Below are positions 47,984 to 56,470 of a DNA stretch of 64,000 nucleotides, in pieces (the stretch's first letter is position 1; each line of letters opens with the position of its first letter). Source of the DNA: Dehalococcoidia bacterium (GTDB lineage Bacteria; Chloroflexota; Dehalococcoidia; Plut-88900); the NCBI GenBank assembly GCA_965207225.1, contig CBDBLV010000005.1:1888001-1952000 (forward strand), in the 5' to 3' direction. The notes under the pieces were generated by a model that was given only the letters and a program-made list of their open reading frames with translations, was not told where the DNA came from and made no database searches. Both the position numbers and the translations under genes were made by a program.

Positions 47984-49446
47984 TCTTTGACGTTGCTATG
48001 CTCGCTGAAGTTGATGGAGTGGCGATAGGTCACTTGCTTCAGCATTACAGGCACGGCGAGGGCCAAGAAGACTTGTGCTTCGCTTTGTGGCGACCATCGA
48101 TAGGGAGCAGTAAGTACTCCGGGATCATCTACCGGGTCATCCTGCCTCAGCATGAAGACCGTGAATTGCACGGCAACGCCAGCTTCCAGCCTGCATACCT
48201 CACTCGGGCTCTTGATATGGCACGACAAGAGAAGGCAGGGTTGGCATTTATGCACAGCCATCCCAGTCAGGGATGGCAGGGAATGAGTGGATCTGATGTG
48301 AGAGCCGAACGAGATGTTCTTGCGTATCCGGCTGGCGCTACTGGACTTCCACTGCTTGGCCTCACTGTCGGTACCGACGGCTACTGGAGCGCTCGATTCT
48401 GGGAGCGGGCCGAGGGAGAGATGATGAGGCGGGAATGTGAGAGGGTCAGAGTTGTAGGAGCCGATTCTTATCGAGTGTACTTCGACAACAGAATTTTCCC
48501 GCCACCTGATCGAAGTGAAGTTCTCAAGCGCACCATCGACACTTGGGGAGAAGAGGCCCAACAGAACATCGCACGCCTGAAGGTAGGGATTGTTGGTTTG
48601 GGAAGCGTGGGATGTATCGTCGCTGAAGGCCTTGCCAGAATCGGCATATCAAGTTTCACACTGATCGACCATGATCTAGTAGAAGAACACAATCTCGACC
48701 GGCTACTATACTCTACGGAACGTGATATCGGGACACATAAGGTTGATTTAGCGAACCGGAAGATACGACGACACGCTACAGCCAAGGACGTCCAAGTAAT
48801 TGCCTTGCCAATGTCGATTCGAGAGCGAACCGCCTACAAGGCAGCCATTGACTGCGATCTACTATTCAGTTGCGTTGACCGTCCAGTCGGGCGAGATGTG
48901 CTCAACTATATTGCTTATACCCATTTGATTCCGGTTATAGATGGGGGCGTGGATGCTGGTCCTCTCAACAGCCATCTTCTCCTAACACACTGGCGGGCTC
49001 ACTTGGTAGGTCCGGGTAATCAGTGCATGCGCTGCATCGGTCAATACAGCACGAGTGATGTCTCAATGGAGTTGGACGGATCACTTGATGACCCTTCTTA
49101 CATTACTGCTTTACCAGCCGAAGTTCGGATGAACAACCAGAATGTATTCCCTTTCAGTCTTGGAGTAGCAAGCATGCAACTGAACTTGATGCTCAGGTAT
49201 ATCCTAGCCCAAGACTGGTGGCCCGCCATCAAGCAACAGGACTATCGATTTGTTACACAAGATATTGGTTTCCCGACCGGAAGTTGCCGCCCAAATTGCG
49301 AGTTTCCTTCACGGGTTGCTTTGGGAGACTCAATTGCTCCATTCTACTTGGTGGAAAAGACAAAGACTCACAGATACTCCCCGAAGTCAATTCTGTATAC
49401 ATGCCTTAGCCGGGTAAGAGCGTTTCTGAGAGGTAGGCGCAACTGA
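47980..49446 (+). CDS. JAB/MPN-like domain fused to ThiF/E1 adenylation domain
   Basis: E..HSHP-x7-SGSD; GLGSVG, D.D.VEEHNLDR, CVD, CMRC...CRPNC. Confidence 0.88.
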   Translation: MIFDVAMLAEVDGVAIGHLLQHYRHGEGQEDLCFALWRPSIGSSKYSGIIYRVILPQHEDRELHGNASFQPAYLTRALDMARQEKAGLAFMHSHPSQGWQGMSGSDVRAERDVLAYPAGATGLPLLGLTVGTDGYWSARFWERAEGEMMRRECERVRVVGADSYRVYFDNRIFPPPDRSEVLKRTIDTWGEEAQQNIARLKVGIVGLGSVGCIVAEGLARIGISSFTLIDHDLVEEHNLDRLLYSTERDIGTHKVDLANRKIRRHATAKDVQVIALPMSIRERTAYKAAIDCDLLFSCVDRPVGRDVLNYIAYTHLIPVIDGGVDAGPLNSHLLLTHWRAHLVGPGNQCMRCIGQYSTSDVSMELDGSLDDPSYITALPAEVRMNNQNVFPFSLGVASMQLNLMLRYILAQDWWPAIKQQDYRFVTQDIGFPTGSCRPNCEFPSRVALGDSIAPFYLVEKTKTHRYSPKSILYTCLSRVRAFLRGRRN

Positions 49447-49506
49447 TAGTGCATACCTATTCCAGTACACTAAGGGCCGGTGGTAGAATACCCTGAGGAG
49501 TATACC

Positions 49507-52257
49507 ATGCCTCCACGTAGGAGATCACCACAATCCAAGCGTCCCATTGAGTCCTATGACCACCGGGACAAGGAAAGACTGAACAACCCACCCGTCGGAC
49601 TAGTCACGCCGGAGACTGACCGGGACGCGGGACGGAAGACCTACGCCTACGACCCCCATCTGGACCCGCAGCTCCAGTGGGCGGGAAAGGCGGAGCATAC
49701 CTCCTTTCAGGTTCCCACGGTCTCTCTCCATGTACACGAGCGCATCGACCCCCGCACCATCATTGAGGCTACCCGCAGGCGCAACGGCAACGGCGCTCCG
49801 GTACAGGGCAGTCTCTTTGAGCTGCCGGAGGAGAACCCCCCGGTCCGCAACGCCATCGAGTTCTACCAGCACCGTCACAACTGGACCAACCGCCTCGTAG
49901 CTGGCGATAGCCTATTGGTGATGAACAGCCTGCTGGGGAAGGAGGGCATGGCCGGCAAAGTGCAGATGGTCTACATCGACCCTCCTTATGGAATCCGGTA
50001 TGGCTCTAACTTCCAGCCTTTCGTGAACCGTCGAGACGTGAAGGATGGCAAGGATGAGGACCTGACCCAGGAGCCGGAAACCATTAAGGCCTTCCGCGAC
50101 ACCTGGGAACTAGGCATCCACTCCTATCTGTCCTATCTACGGGACCGTCTGCTGCTAGCGCGGGAGATGCTAAGTGAGACAGGTAGCGTTTTCGTGCAGA
50201 TTTCCGACGAGAACGTCCATCTGGTTCGAGAACTCATGGATGAGATTCTTGGCCCCGAACAGTTCATGTCTCTTATATCGTTCAGGACAAAGATCCCACT
50301 GAACGCAGCCTTCTTGCCCAATATAGCAGATTTCTTGATTTGGTATGCCAAAGACAAGGATAAGGTAAAGTTCCGACGGTTGTTCACAACTCGTAATTTC
50401 GGTGAGGAAACACAATTCTCTAACGCACAGCTGGAGGATGGCGCTGTAACAAAGGCATCTGAAGTGCCCGAATCTGAAATCGAGTCTACTCGCTACTTCA
50501 CCCTCATTGATCTCATGGCAACCGGTTATACCGAATCATGCCACTTTGAGTTTTTCCTAGAAGGAAGGAGAGCGTACCCCAACCCTACTACAAGCTGGAA
50601 GACTACACCTGAAGGAATGCAGCGACTGATTGCCGCCAACAGGGTCCGATGGCAAAGGACTGTGCCAAGATATGTCTTTTTCGCAGACGACTACCCTGTC
50701 ATGCAAATCACCAACCAATGGACAGATACGCAGGGGGCAGTTGGCAAAACATTCGCCGTCCAAACCTCCTCAAAGGTCATTGAGCGTTGTCTCCTGATGA
50801 CTACCGACCCTGGCGACTTGGTGTTCGACCCTACCTGCGGCTCCGGCACCACCGCCCATGTCGCCGAGCAATGGGGCCGTCGCTGGATCACGTGCGATAC
50901 ATCCCGTGTGGCGATAGCTCTTGCCAAGCAGCGATTGGTGACCGCCCTTTACGACTACTATGAGTTGGCCCATCCAAGCGAGGGAGTGGGTAGCGGCTTC
51001 AACTACAAGACTGTCCCCCACATCACTTTGGGTTCCATCGCTAACAACCCCGACATCAAAGAGGGCATGACCCAAGAGGACATCGACAAGGCCATCGCCC
51101 GCCACGCTCCCCAGGAGACACTGTACGACCAGCCTTTGGTGGACACGGGCAAAAGGCGGGTGACCGGTCCCTTCAGTGTCGAGGCTGTCCCCGCACCGGC
51201 GGTCAAGCCCATCGACGACATTGACGTTGCCGAGCCGCTGCCCGCCGATGACACGGTGGCCCGCTCTGGCGAAACACTGCGCCAGTCAGACTGGCGGGAG
51301 GAGCTGCTAAAGACGGGCATCCGTGGTAAGGCAGGGCAGTTCATTCGCTTCGCCAGGTTGGAGCCTTTGCCGGACCATCGCCATCTACACGCCGATGGCG
51401 AGTCGTTGCCCAACGCCGACGGCGCCCAGAGCATTCGGGAAGGCCCAGCGCGGGCATCACAGCGTGTTGTCGTATCTTTCGGACCTGAGCACGCGCCGTT
51501 GGAGCCGCGTCAGGTGAACCAAGCCTTGCAGGAAGCCGAAACCCTAAGGCCGAGTCCTCGTATCATCGTCTTCGCTGCCTTCCAGTTCGACCCCGAAGCA
51601 GCGAAAGACATCGACGAAACCAACTGGCCCGGCATGACCCTGCTGAAGGCGCAAATGAATGCTGACCTACTCACTGAGGATCTGAAGCGCAAGCGAGCGA
51701 GCAATGAGAGCTTCTGGCTCATCGGCCAGCCGGATGTGCAGGTTGAGGCCATCGCTAATGGTAAAGACGCGGGAAAGCGCCGCGTTAGTGTCCAGGGGTT
51801 CGATTACTACAACACCAAGAGCGGCGATGTGGAGTCGGGTGGACAGGACAAGATAGCGATGTGGATGCTAGACACGGACTACGACGGTCGCAGCCTTTAT
51901 CCTCGGCAAGTGTTCTTTCCCATGTCTGGCAGCAACGATGGATGGACTCGCCTGGTCAGGAACCTCAAAGCGGAGATAGACGAGGAGCTAATCGAGGCTT
52001 ATCGGGGCACCCTATCTCTGCCCTTCGAGCCGGGAGAGAATCGGCGGATAGCGGTCAAGATCATCGACGACCGGGGTATCGAGAGCCTGAAGGTGATTGG
52101 GTTGGACGCCGAACCTAAAGTAACGAAGTCCAGTAGAACTCTGGAGGATATTTTCGTAGCGCGCTTCAATGACATCCCTCAAGAGGAATGGGATCGGCTG
52201 CCGCACGACTTGATTGACAACCTGGATCACTACACCGCTGGCGCGGATCGTCGATGA
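49507..52257 (+). CDS. mod: Type III R-M methyltransferase (Mod) with a 49-aa antitoxin-like C-terminal extension
   Basis: YIDPPY, FDPTCGSGTT, usual end IAVKIIDDRGIESLKVI, then extra tail; SD GAGGAG before ATG 49507. Confidence 0.92.
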   Translation: MPPRRRSPQSKRPIESYDHRDKERLNNPPVGLVTPETDRDAGRKTYAYDPHLDPQLQWAGKAEHTSFQVPTVSLHVHERIDPRTIIEATRRRNGNGAPVQGSLFELPEENPPVRNAIEFYQHRHNWTNRLVAGDSLLVMNSLLGKEGMAGKVQMVYIDPPYGIRYGSNFQPFVNRRDVKDGKDEDLTQEPETIKAFRDTWELGIHSYLSYLRDRLLLAREMLSETGSVFVQISDENVHLVRELMDEILGPEQFMSLISFRTKIPLNAAFLPNIADFLIWYAKDKDKVKFRRLFTTRNFGEETQFSNAQLEDGAVTKASEVPESEIESTRYFTLIDLMATGYTESCHFEFFLEGRRAYPNPTTSWKTTPEGMQRLIAANRVRWQRTVPRYVFFADDYPVMQITNQWTDTQGAVGKTFAVQTSSKVIERCLLMTTDPGDLVFDPTCGSGTTAHVAEQWGRRWITCDTSRVAIALAKQRLVTALYDYYELAHPSEGVGSGFNYKTVPHITLGSIANNPDIKEGMTQEDIDKAIARHAPQETLYDQPLVDTGKRRVTGPFSVEAVPAPAVKPIDDIDVAEPLPADDTVARSGETLRQSDWREELLKTGIRGKAGQFIRFARLEPLPDHRHLHADGESLPNADGAQSIREGPARASQRVVVSFGPEHAPLEPRQVNQALQEAETLRPSPRIIVFAAFQFDPEAAKDIDETNWPGMTLLKAQMNADLLTEDLKRKRASNESFWLIGQPDVQVEAIANGKDAGKRRVSVQGFDYYNTKSGDVESGGQDKIAMWMLDTDYDGRSLYPRQVFFPMSGSNDGWTRLVRNLKAEIDEELIEAYRGTLSLPFEPGENRRIAVKIIDDRGIESLKVIGLDAEPKVTKSSRTLEDIFVARFNDIPQEEWDRLPHDLIDNLDHYTAGADRR

Positions 52258-52673
52258 CTGAAATCTTCGTGGACACCGCATATCTCATAGCCCTAGCCAG
52301 GCGTCACGACCAATGGCACGACACGGCGCTCGCCGCTCGGAATAGACTTGGTGAAGTACCCTTGGTGACGACAGACGAGGTGCTCACTGAGTTCTTGACT
52401 GCGATGTCGAACGCCGGTCCGGGGTTGCGAGGGGACGCCGCGGGTACGGTCAGAGAGATCCTGGAGGCCGGCGCAATTAGAATTGTAGCTCAGACACGCC
52501 AGTCCTTCCTTGAAGGGCTCGACAGATACGAGAAGCGTCTCGATAAAGACTATAGCCTTCAGGACTGCATCTCTATGAATGTGATGGAGGCAGAGGGAAT
52601 TACCGAGATTCTCACCAGCGACCACAACTTCGAGCAGGAAGGCTTTACCATCCTGATGAAGCAGGACAGGTAG
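52254..52673 (+). CDS. vapC: PIN-domain (VapC-like) toxin
   Basis: FVDT, VLTE, SLQDCIS, TSDHNF acidic quartet; ATGA overlap with mod. Confidence 0.88.
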   Translation: MTEIFVDTAYLIALARRHDQWHDTALAARNRLGEVPLVTTDEVLTEFLTAMSNAGPGLRGDAAGTVREILEAGAIRIVAQTRQSFLEGLDRYEKRLDKDYSLQDCISMNVMEAEGITEILTSDHNFEQEGFTILMKQDR

Positions 52674-52681
52674 GGGCCGCG

Positions 52682-55486
52682 ATGGAACAGTCAACGATAG
52701 ACCGGCTCATCATCAACAAGCCGTATGAGGAGCCGAAGGAGTACTGGAACTACAATCGGGAGACACGTAAGTTCTGTCGGAAACCTGGCCGCCGTCCTGC
52801 GGGCTACCTGATAGCGTCTGGGGACTCCAAGACTTTCGACGATCCAGGTGTCTTCGTCGAAATCCCTCTGGTCAACCAGATACGGCCGCGGGTAAAGGAT
52901 TGGAGTGACGCCGGGTATCCTGGCGTCACCGCCATCACCAAGCGCCTGTTGGAGCACTGGACAGACCCGGAAGAATTCGAGAGCCGTCGATTCTTCTTCT
53001 GTCAGATCGAAGCTGCCGAGACGCTCATCTGGCTCGCCGAAGCCCCAGACAGCGAGAAGGTAGGCATCGACATCCCTGGCGACGGTGGAGAGTTCTGGCG
53101 CCTATGCGCCAAGATGGCCACCGGGACGGGCAAGACCGTTGTAATGGCGATGCTCATTGCTTGGCACATCTTGAACAAGGTCTCATATCCCCAGGACACC
53201 CGGTTCGCCAAGAACGTGCTGGTGGTTGCCCCTGGACTCACCATCAGGAGCCGTCTTGCGGTCCTGGAACCATCCCACGAGGACAACTACTACGAGGCTT
53301 TCCGTGTTGTACCTTCATCCCTACTGGACCGGCTCCGCCAAGGGAAGGTCATTGTCCGAAACTGGCACGCCCTCAACTGGGAGACCGAGGATCAGATTAG
53401 GAGAAAGCGGAGCGTGGACAAGCGCGGGGCAAAGAGTGACGAAGCCTACGTTCGCGATGTGCTGGGCGACATGGCCGGAGCACGAAACCTGCTAGTCATC
53501 AACGATGAGGCGCACCATGCCTGGAGAGTGCCCGCCGAGTCCAAGGTGAAGGGCGTTGCCAAGGCGGACATCGAGGAGGCGACCAAGTGGGTTGGCGGCC
53601 TGGACCGGATTCATCGAGCGCGGGGCATCCTCACTTGCTTTGACTTCTCGGCCACACCCTTTGCTCCTTCCGGCAAGAGGAGTTCCGAAGAAGCGCTGTT
53701 CGACTGGATAGTAAGTGACTTTGGACTGAACGACGCCATCGAGTCCGGGTTGGTCAAGACGCCGAGGGTCGTGATTCGGGACGACACACCGGTTGATGCC
53801 AAGACCTACAGGTCGCGCCTCTACCACATCTACAACGACCCGGAGGTGAAGGACGATCTGAATCGCCGTGCCCAGCCCCACGAACCGTTGCCCGACTTAG
53901 TGACCAATGGATACTATCTGCTTGGCTATGACTGGAGAGAGGCCGCCAGAGAGTGGCAAGAAGCCAAGCTCAAGACACCACCGGTAATGATCACCGTCGC
54001 CAACCGCACTGAGACCGCAGCCAGAGTCAAACACGCCTTTGACCGCAAGCGAGTCCTTATAGACGAGCTCTGTGACCCGGACCGTACGTTGCACATCGAC
54101 TCCGGCGTTCTGAAGAGAGCCGAAGAGTCCGAGGAACCGATAGCCGAGATCATGCCGGACGATGAGGATGAATCTGACAACGGTGCTGTCAGTCCCAAGC
54201 TCACTAGAGACCAGATGGCCGAGCAGTTGCGAAAGATGGTGGACACCGTGGGACGGCCCGGGCAGCCCGGTGAGCGGGTACAGAACGTCATTTCAGTGGG
54301 AATGCTCTCCGAGGGCTGGGACGCCAAGACCGTGACACACATCATGGGTCTGAGGGCCTTCACCAGCCAACTGTTGTGCGAGCAGGTGGTCGGGCGAGGT
54401 CTCAGGCGCACGTCTTACGATGTGAATCCAGAGACAGAGATGTTTGACCCTGAGTACGTCAACATTTTCGGTGTGCCGTTCACCTTCCTTCCCCACGAAG
54501 GGGGCGAGAGTGGGCCTCCGAAGCCTCCCTCACCCAAGACGGCTATTGAGCCAGTACCGGAAAAGGCCCCGTTCGAGATCAAGTGGCCCAACATCATCCG
54601 CATTGAGCATGTCTATCGCCCCAGACTGACCTTGGATTGGAATCAGGTAGAACGTTTGGAGCTCAATGCCAGTGAAACGGCGCAAGTGGCCGAGCTTGCC
54701 CCGGTAGTGGATGGCAAGCCCGACGTGTCCAAGCTGACCAGCATCGACCTAGAGGCGTTGGCCCACGAGTACCGGACTCAGAAGATAATTTTCGAGACCG
54801 CACGGGACGTGTTTGACCTGATGAAGCCGTCCTGGGCAGGGAGCCGTGAGTCGCTCATCGCCCAGTTGGTGAAGCTGGTAGAGCAGTTCCTTCTATCGGG
54901 CAGCCTGGGTATTACTCCTCCCCTCTTCTATCAGGACGACATGCGCCGTCGCCTTATGATCACATTAAACATGACGAAGGTGGTGCAGCACGTATGGGAT
55001 GCTGTCCGCGTCGAGAACACGGAACGACTTGAGCCGGTGTTCGACCGCGACCACCCAATACGCTCTACTGCGAACATGGCAACCTGGTACACAGGCAAGC
55101 CGTGCAACCTAACGGACCGCAGCCATATCAACATGTGCGTCTACGACAGCACTTGGGAAGCCTCGGAAGCTTTTGAGTTGGATTACAACCGTCTAGTGAA
55201 TGCCTGGGTCAAGAACGACCACCTGGGCTTCGAGGTGCTCTACGTCTACCGTGGTGTGGTGCGGAAGTACCGACCGGATTTCATCATTCGCCTGAGATCA
55301 GGAAACACGCTGATCCTGGAGACCAAGGGGCAACCAGATGAGCAAAGCTACTCAAAGCACCGCGCTCTGGAGCAATGGATTGAGGCCGTCAACCAGCACG
55401 GCGGATTCGGCCGCTGGTCAGCAGATGTTTCTTATAGCCCAGGGGACATCAAGGACATCTTGGCGAAGCACGGTGCTGTCGAATGA
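52682..55486 (+). CDS. res: Type III restriction enzyme Res subunit (SF2 helicase + PD-(D/E)XK)
   Basis: MATGTGKT, NDEAHH, SATP, LSEGWD, QVVGRGLR, YRPDF..LETKG. Confidence 0.92.
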   Translation: MEQSTIDRLIINKPYEEPKEYWNYNRETRKFCRKPGRRPAGYLIASGDSKTFDDPGVFVEIPLVNQIRPRVKDWSDAGYPGVTAITKRLLEHWTDPEEFESRRFFFCQIEAAETLIWLAEAPDSEKVGIDIPGDGGEFWRLCAKMATGTGKTVVMAMLIAWHILNKVSYPQDTRFAKNVLVVAPGLTIRSRLAVLEPSHEDNYYEAFRVVPSSLLDRLRQGKVIVRNWHALNWETEDQIRRKRSVDKRGAKSDEAYVRDVLGDMAGARNLLVINDEAHHAWRVPAESKVKGVAKADIEEATKWVGGLDRIHRARGILTCFDFSATPFAPSGKRSSEEALFDWIVSDFGLNDAIESGLVKTPRVVIRDDTPVDAKTYRSRLYHIYNDPEVKDDLNRRAQPHEPLPDLVTNGYYLLGYDWREAAREWQEAKLKTPPVMITVANRTETAARVKHAFDRKRVLIDELCDPDRTLHIDSGVLKRAEESEEPIAEIMPDDEDESDNGAVSPKLTRDQMAEQLRKMVDTVGRPGQPGERVQNVISVGMLSEGWDAKTVTHIMGLRAFTSQLLCEQVVGRGLRRTSYDVNPETEMFDPEYVNIFGVPFTFLPHEGGESGPPKPPSPKTAIEPVPEKAPFEIKWPNIIRIEHVYRPRLTLDWNQVERLELNASETAQVAELAPVVDGKPDVSKLTSIDLEALAHEYRTQKIIFETARDVFDLMKPSWAGSRESLIAQLVKLVEQFLLSGSLGITPPLFYQDDMRRRLMITLNMTKVVQHVWDAVRVENTERLEPVFDRDHPIRSTANMATWYTGKPCNLTDRSHINMCVYDSTWEASEAFELDYNRLVNAWVKNDHLGFEVLYVYRGVVRKYRPDFIIRLRSGNTLILETKGQPDEQSYSKHRALEQWIEAVNQHGGFGRWSADVSYSPGDIKDILAKHGAVE

Positions 55487-56181
55487 TCTGGGCACCCAAT
55501 GTGGAGAATGCATCAGAAGTCGTTAAGGCAGCGTTGGCCGATATTGAGGCCGACGAAAGGCAACTGATCGCCAGTTCAGGTGAGATGTTCAAAGCCGACG
55601 GTGGTGCAGTTTATGGATTTGACCTCTTAGCGAATGCTGCCATAAATCGCGCCTTGGCCCTGTCTTCAGGCTTCAGGACATTGATCCTTGAACGGAATCT
55701 CGTTTGTGCAGGATCCCTAGTCCGGCTGCAACTGGATACCTCGCTCCGCCTATACGCCGGCTTCATTGTAGAGAAGCCACATGATTTCGCTATCAAAGTA
55801 TTCGCGGGTAAGAACATCAGAAGGTTGAAAGACAAAGATGGCAACTCCATGACTGATCGGTACCTGGTTGAGAAACTGGCGAAGCAATATCCTTGGATCG
55901 AATCAGTTTACGAACGGGCGTCAGACTACGTGCACCTGTCTGGTACCCATATCCTAAGTTCCGTGGAACTCATCGACAAACAGTCAGATGTTATAGGCTT
56001 GAAGGCTAGCTTCCTCGACAAGCCACTTTCAGACGACATCTATATTGATGCCATAAATGCATTCAGGCAATGCACACGCATCGTTGCTGACCATATTGAA
56101 GGTTGGATATGGACCAAGAATAATCCGGAAAAGATTGCCTCATTAACGGAGATGCGAGAACGGGAAAGTCATGGCATCTAG
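55483..56181 (+). CDS. Hypothetical protein, possible HEPN/DUF5677-like
   Basis: LVRLQLD...YERASDYVH motif; ATGA overlap with res. Confidence 0.6.
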   Translation: MIWAPNVENASEVVKAALADIEADERQLIASSGEMFKADGGAVYGFDLLANAAINRALALSSGFRTLILERNLVCAGSLVRLQLDTSLRLYAGFIVEKPHDFAIKVFAGKNIRRLKDKDGNSMTDRYLVEKLAKQYPWIESVYERASDYVHLSGTHILSSVELIDKQSDVIGLKASFLDKPLSDDIYIDAINAFRQCTRIVADHIEGWIWTKNNPEKIASLTEMRERESHGI

Positions 56182-56336
56182 TTGGAGGCTCAACTTCTTC
56201 GCAATGGTTCTTGAACCGAGGTCGCATCCCTGCATACGTATGCATCCCCAACTCAACCATCGACGCTCGGCTCACAGGTTGCAAGGCCGGATGAATGCCT
56301 AGTTCTGTATGACTTCGCCGTCTGCTTAGGGGATGA

Positions 56337-56390
56337 CTAGATTGGGACTTCCCATCGAAAAGTTCGCAGTTTAGTAGGCTTTGGCCCACC
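56337..56390 (-). other. Detached 3' end of integrase 2 (GGPKPTKLRTFRWEVPI-stop)
   Basis: Becomes in frame with integrase 2 when island 2 is circularised at the core. Confidence 0.75.
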
Positions 56391-56391
56391 A
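56383..56391 (+). other. att core 3 (right end of island 2)
   Basis: GGCCCACCA with GTTC at -21 and GAAC at +17..+20. Confidence 0.85.
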
Positions 56392-56408
56392 GACTTGATA
56401 AAATCAAG

Positions 56409-56445
56409 AACCTTCGCAATTTCCTTCAAGCTGGAGGTATAGTCG
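56409..56445 (+). repeat. 37-bp direct repeat, copy 1
   Basis: 33/37 identical to 59062-59098. Confidence 0.9.
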
Positions 56446-56470
56446 AGGCCCAGGAGTTGGAGGTGGTCAG

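Larger units (their letters stand above)
37902..56391. mobile_element. Integrative island 2 (~18.5 kb), defence cargo
   Basis: Bounded by GGCCCACCA; joined ends give inverted arms AAAGTTCGCAGT / ACTGCGAACTTT (12/12). Confidence 0.88.

Noticed and set aside
46162-49446. CBASS type II or thiamine/molybdopterin sulfur-transfer operon
   Set aside because: No CD-NTase or effector gene, and no GG-terminated sulfur carrier or cofactor genes.
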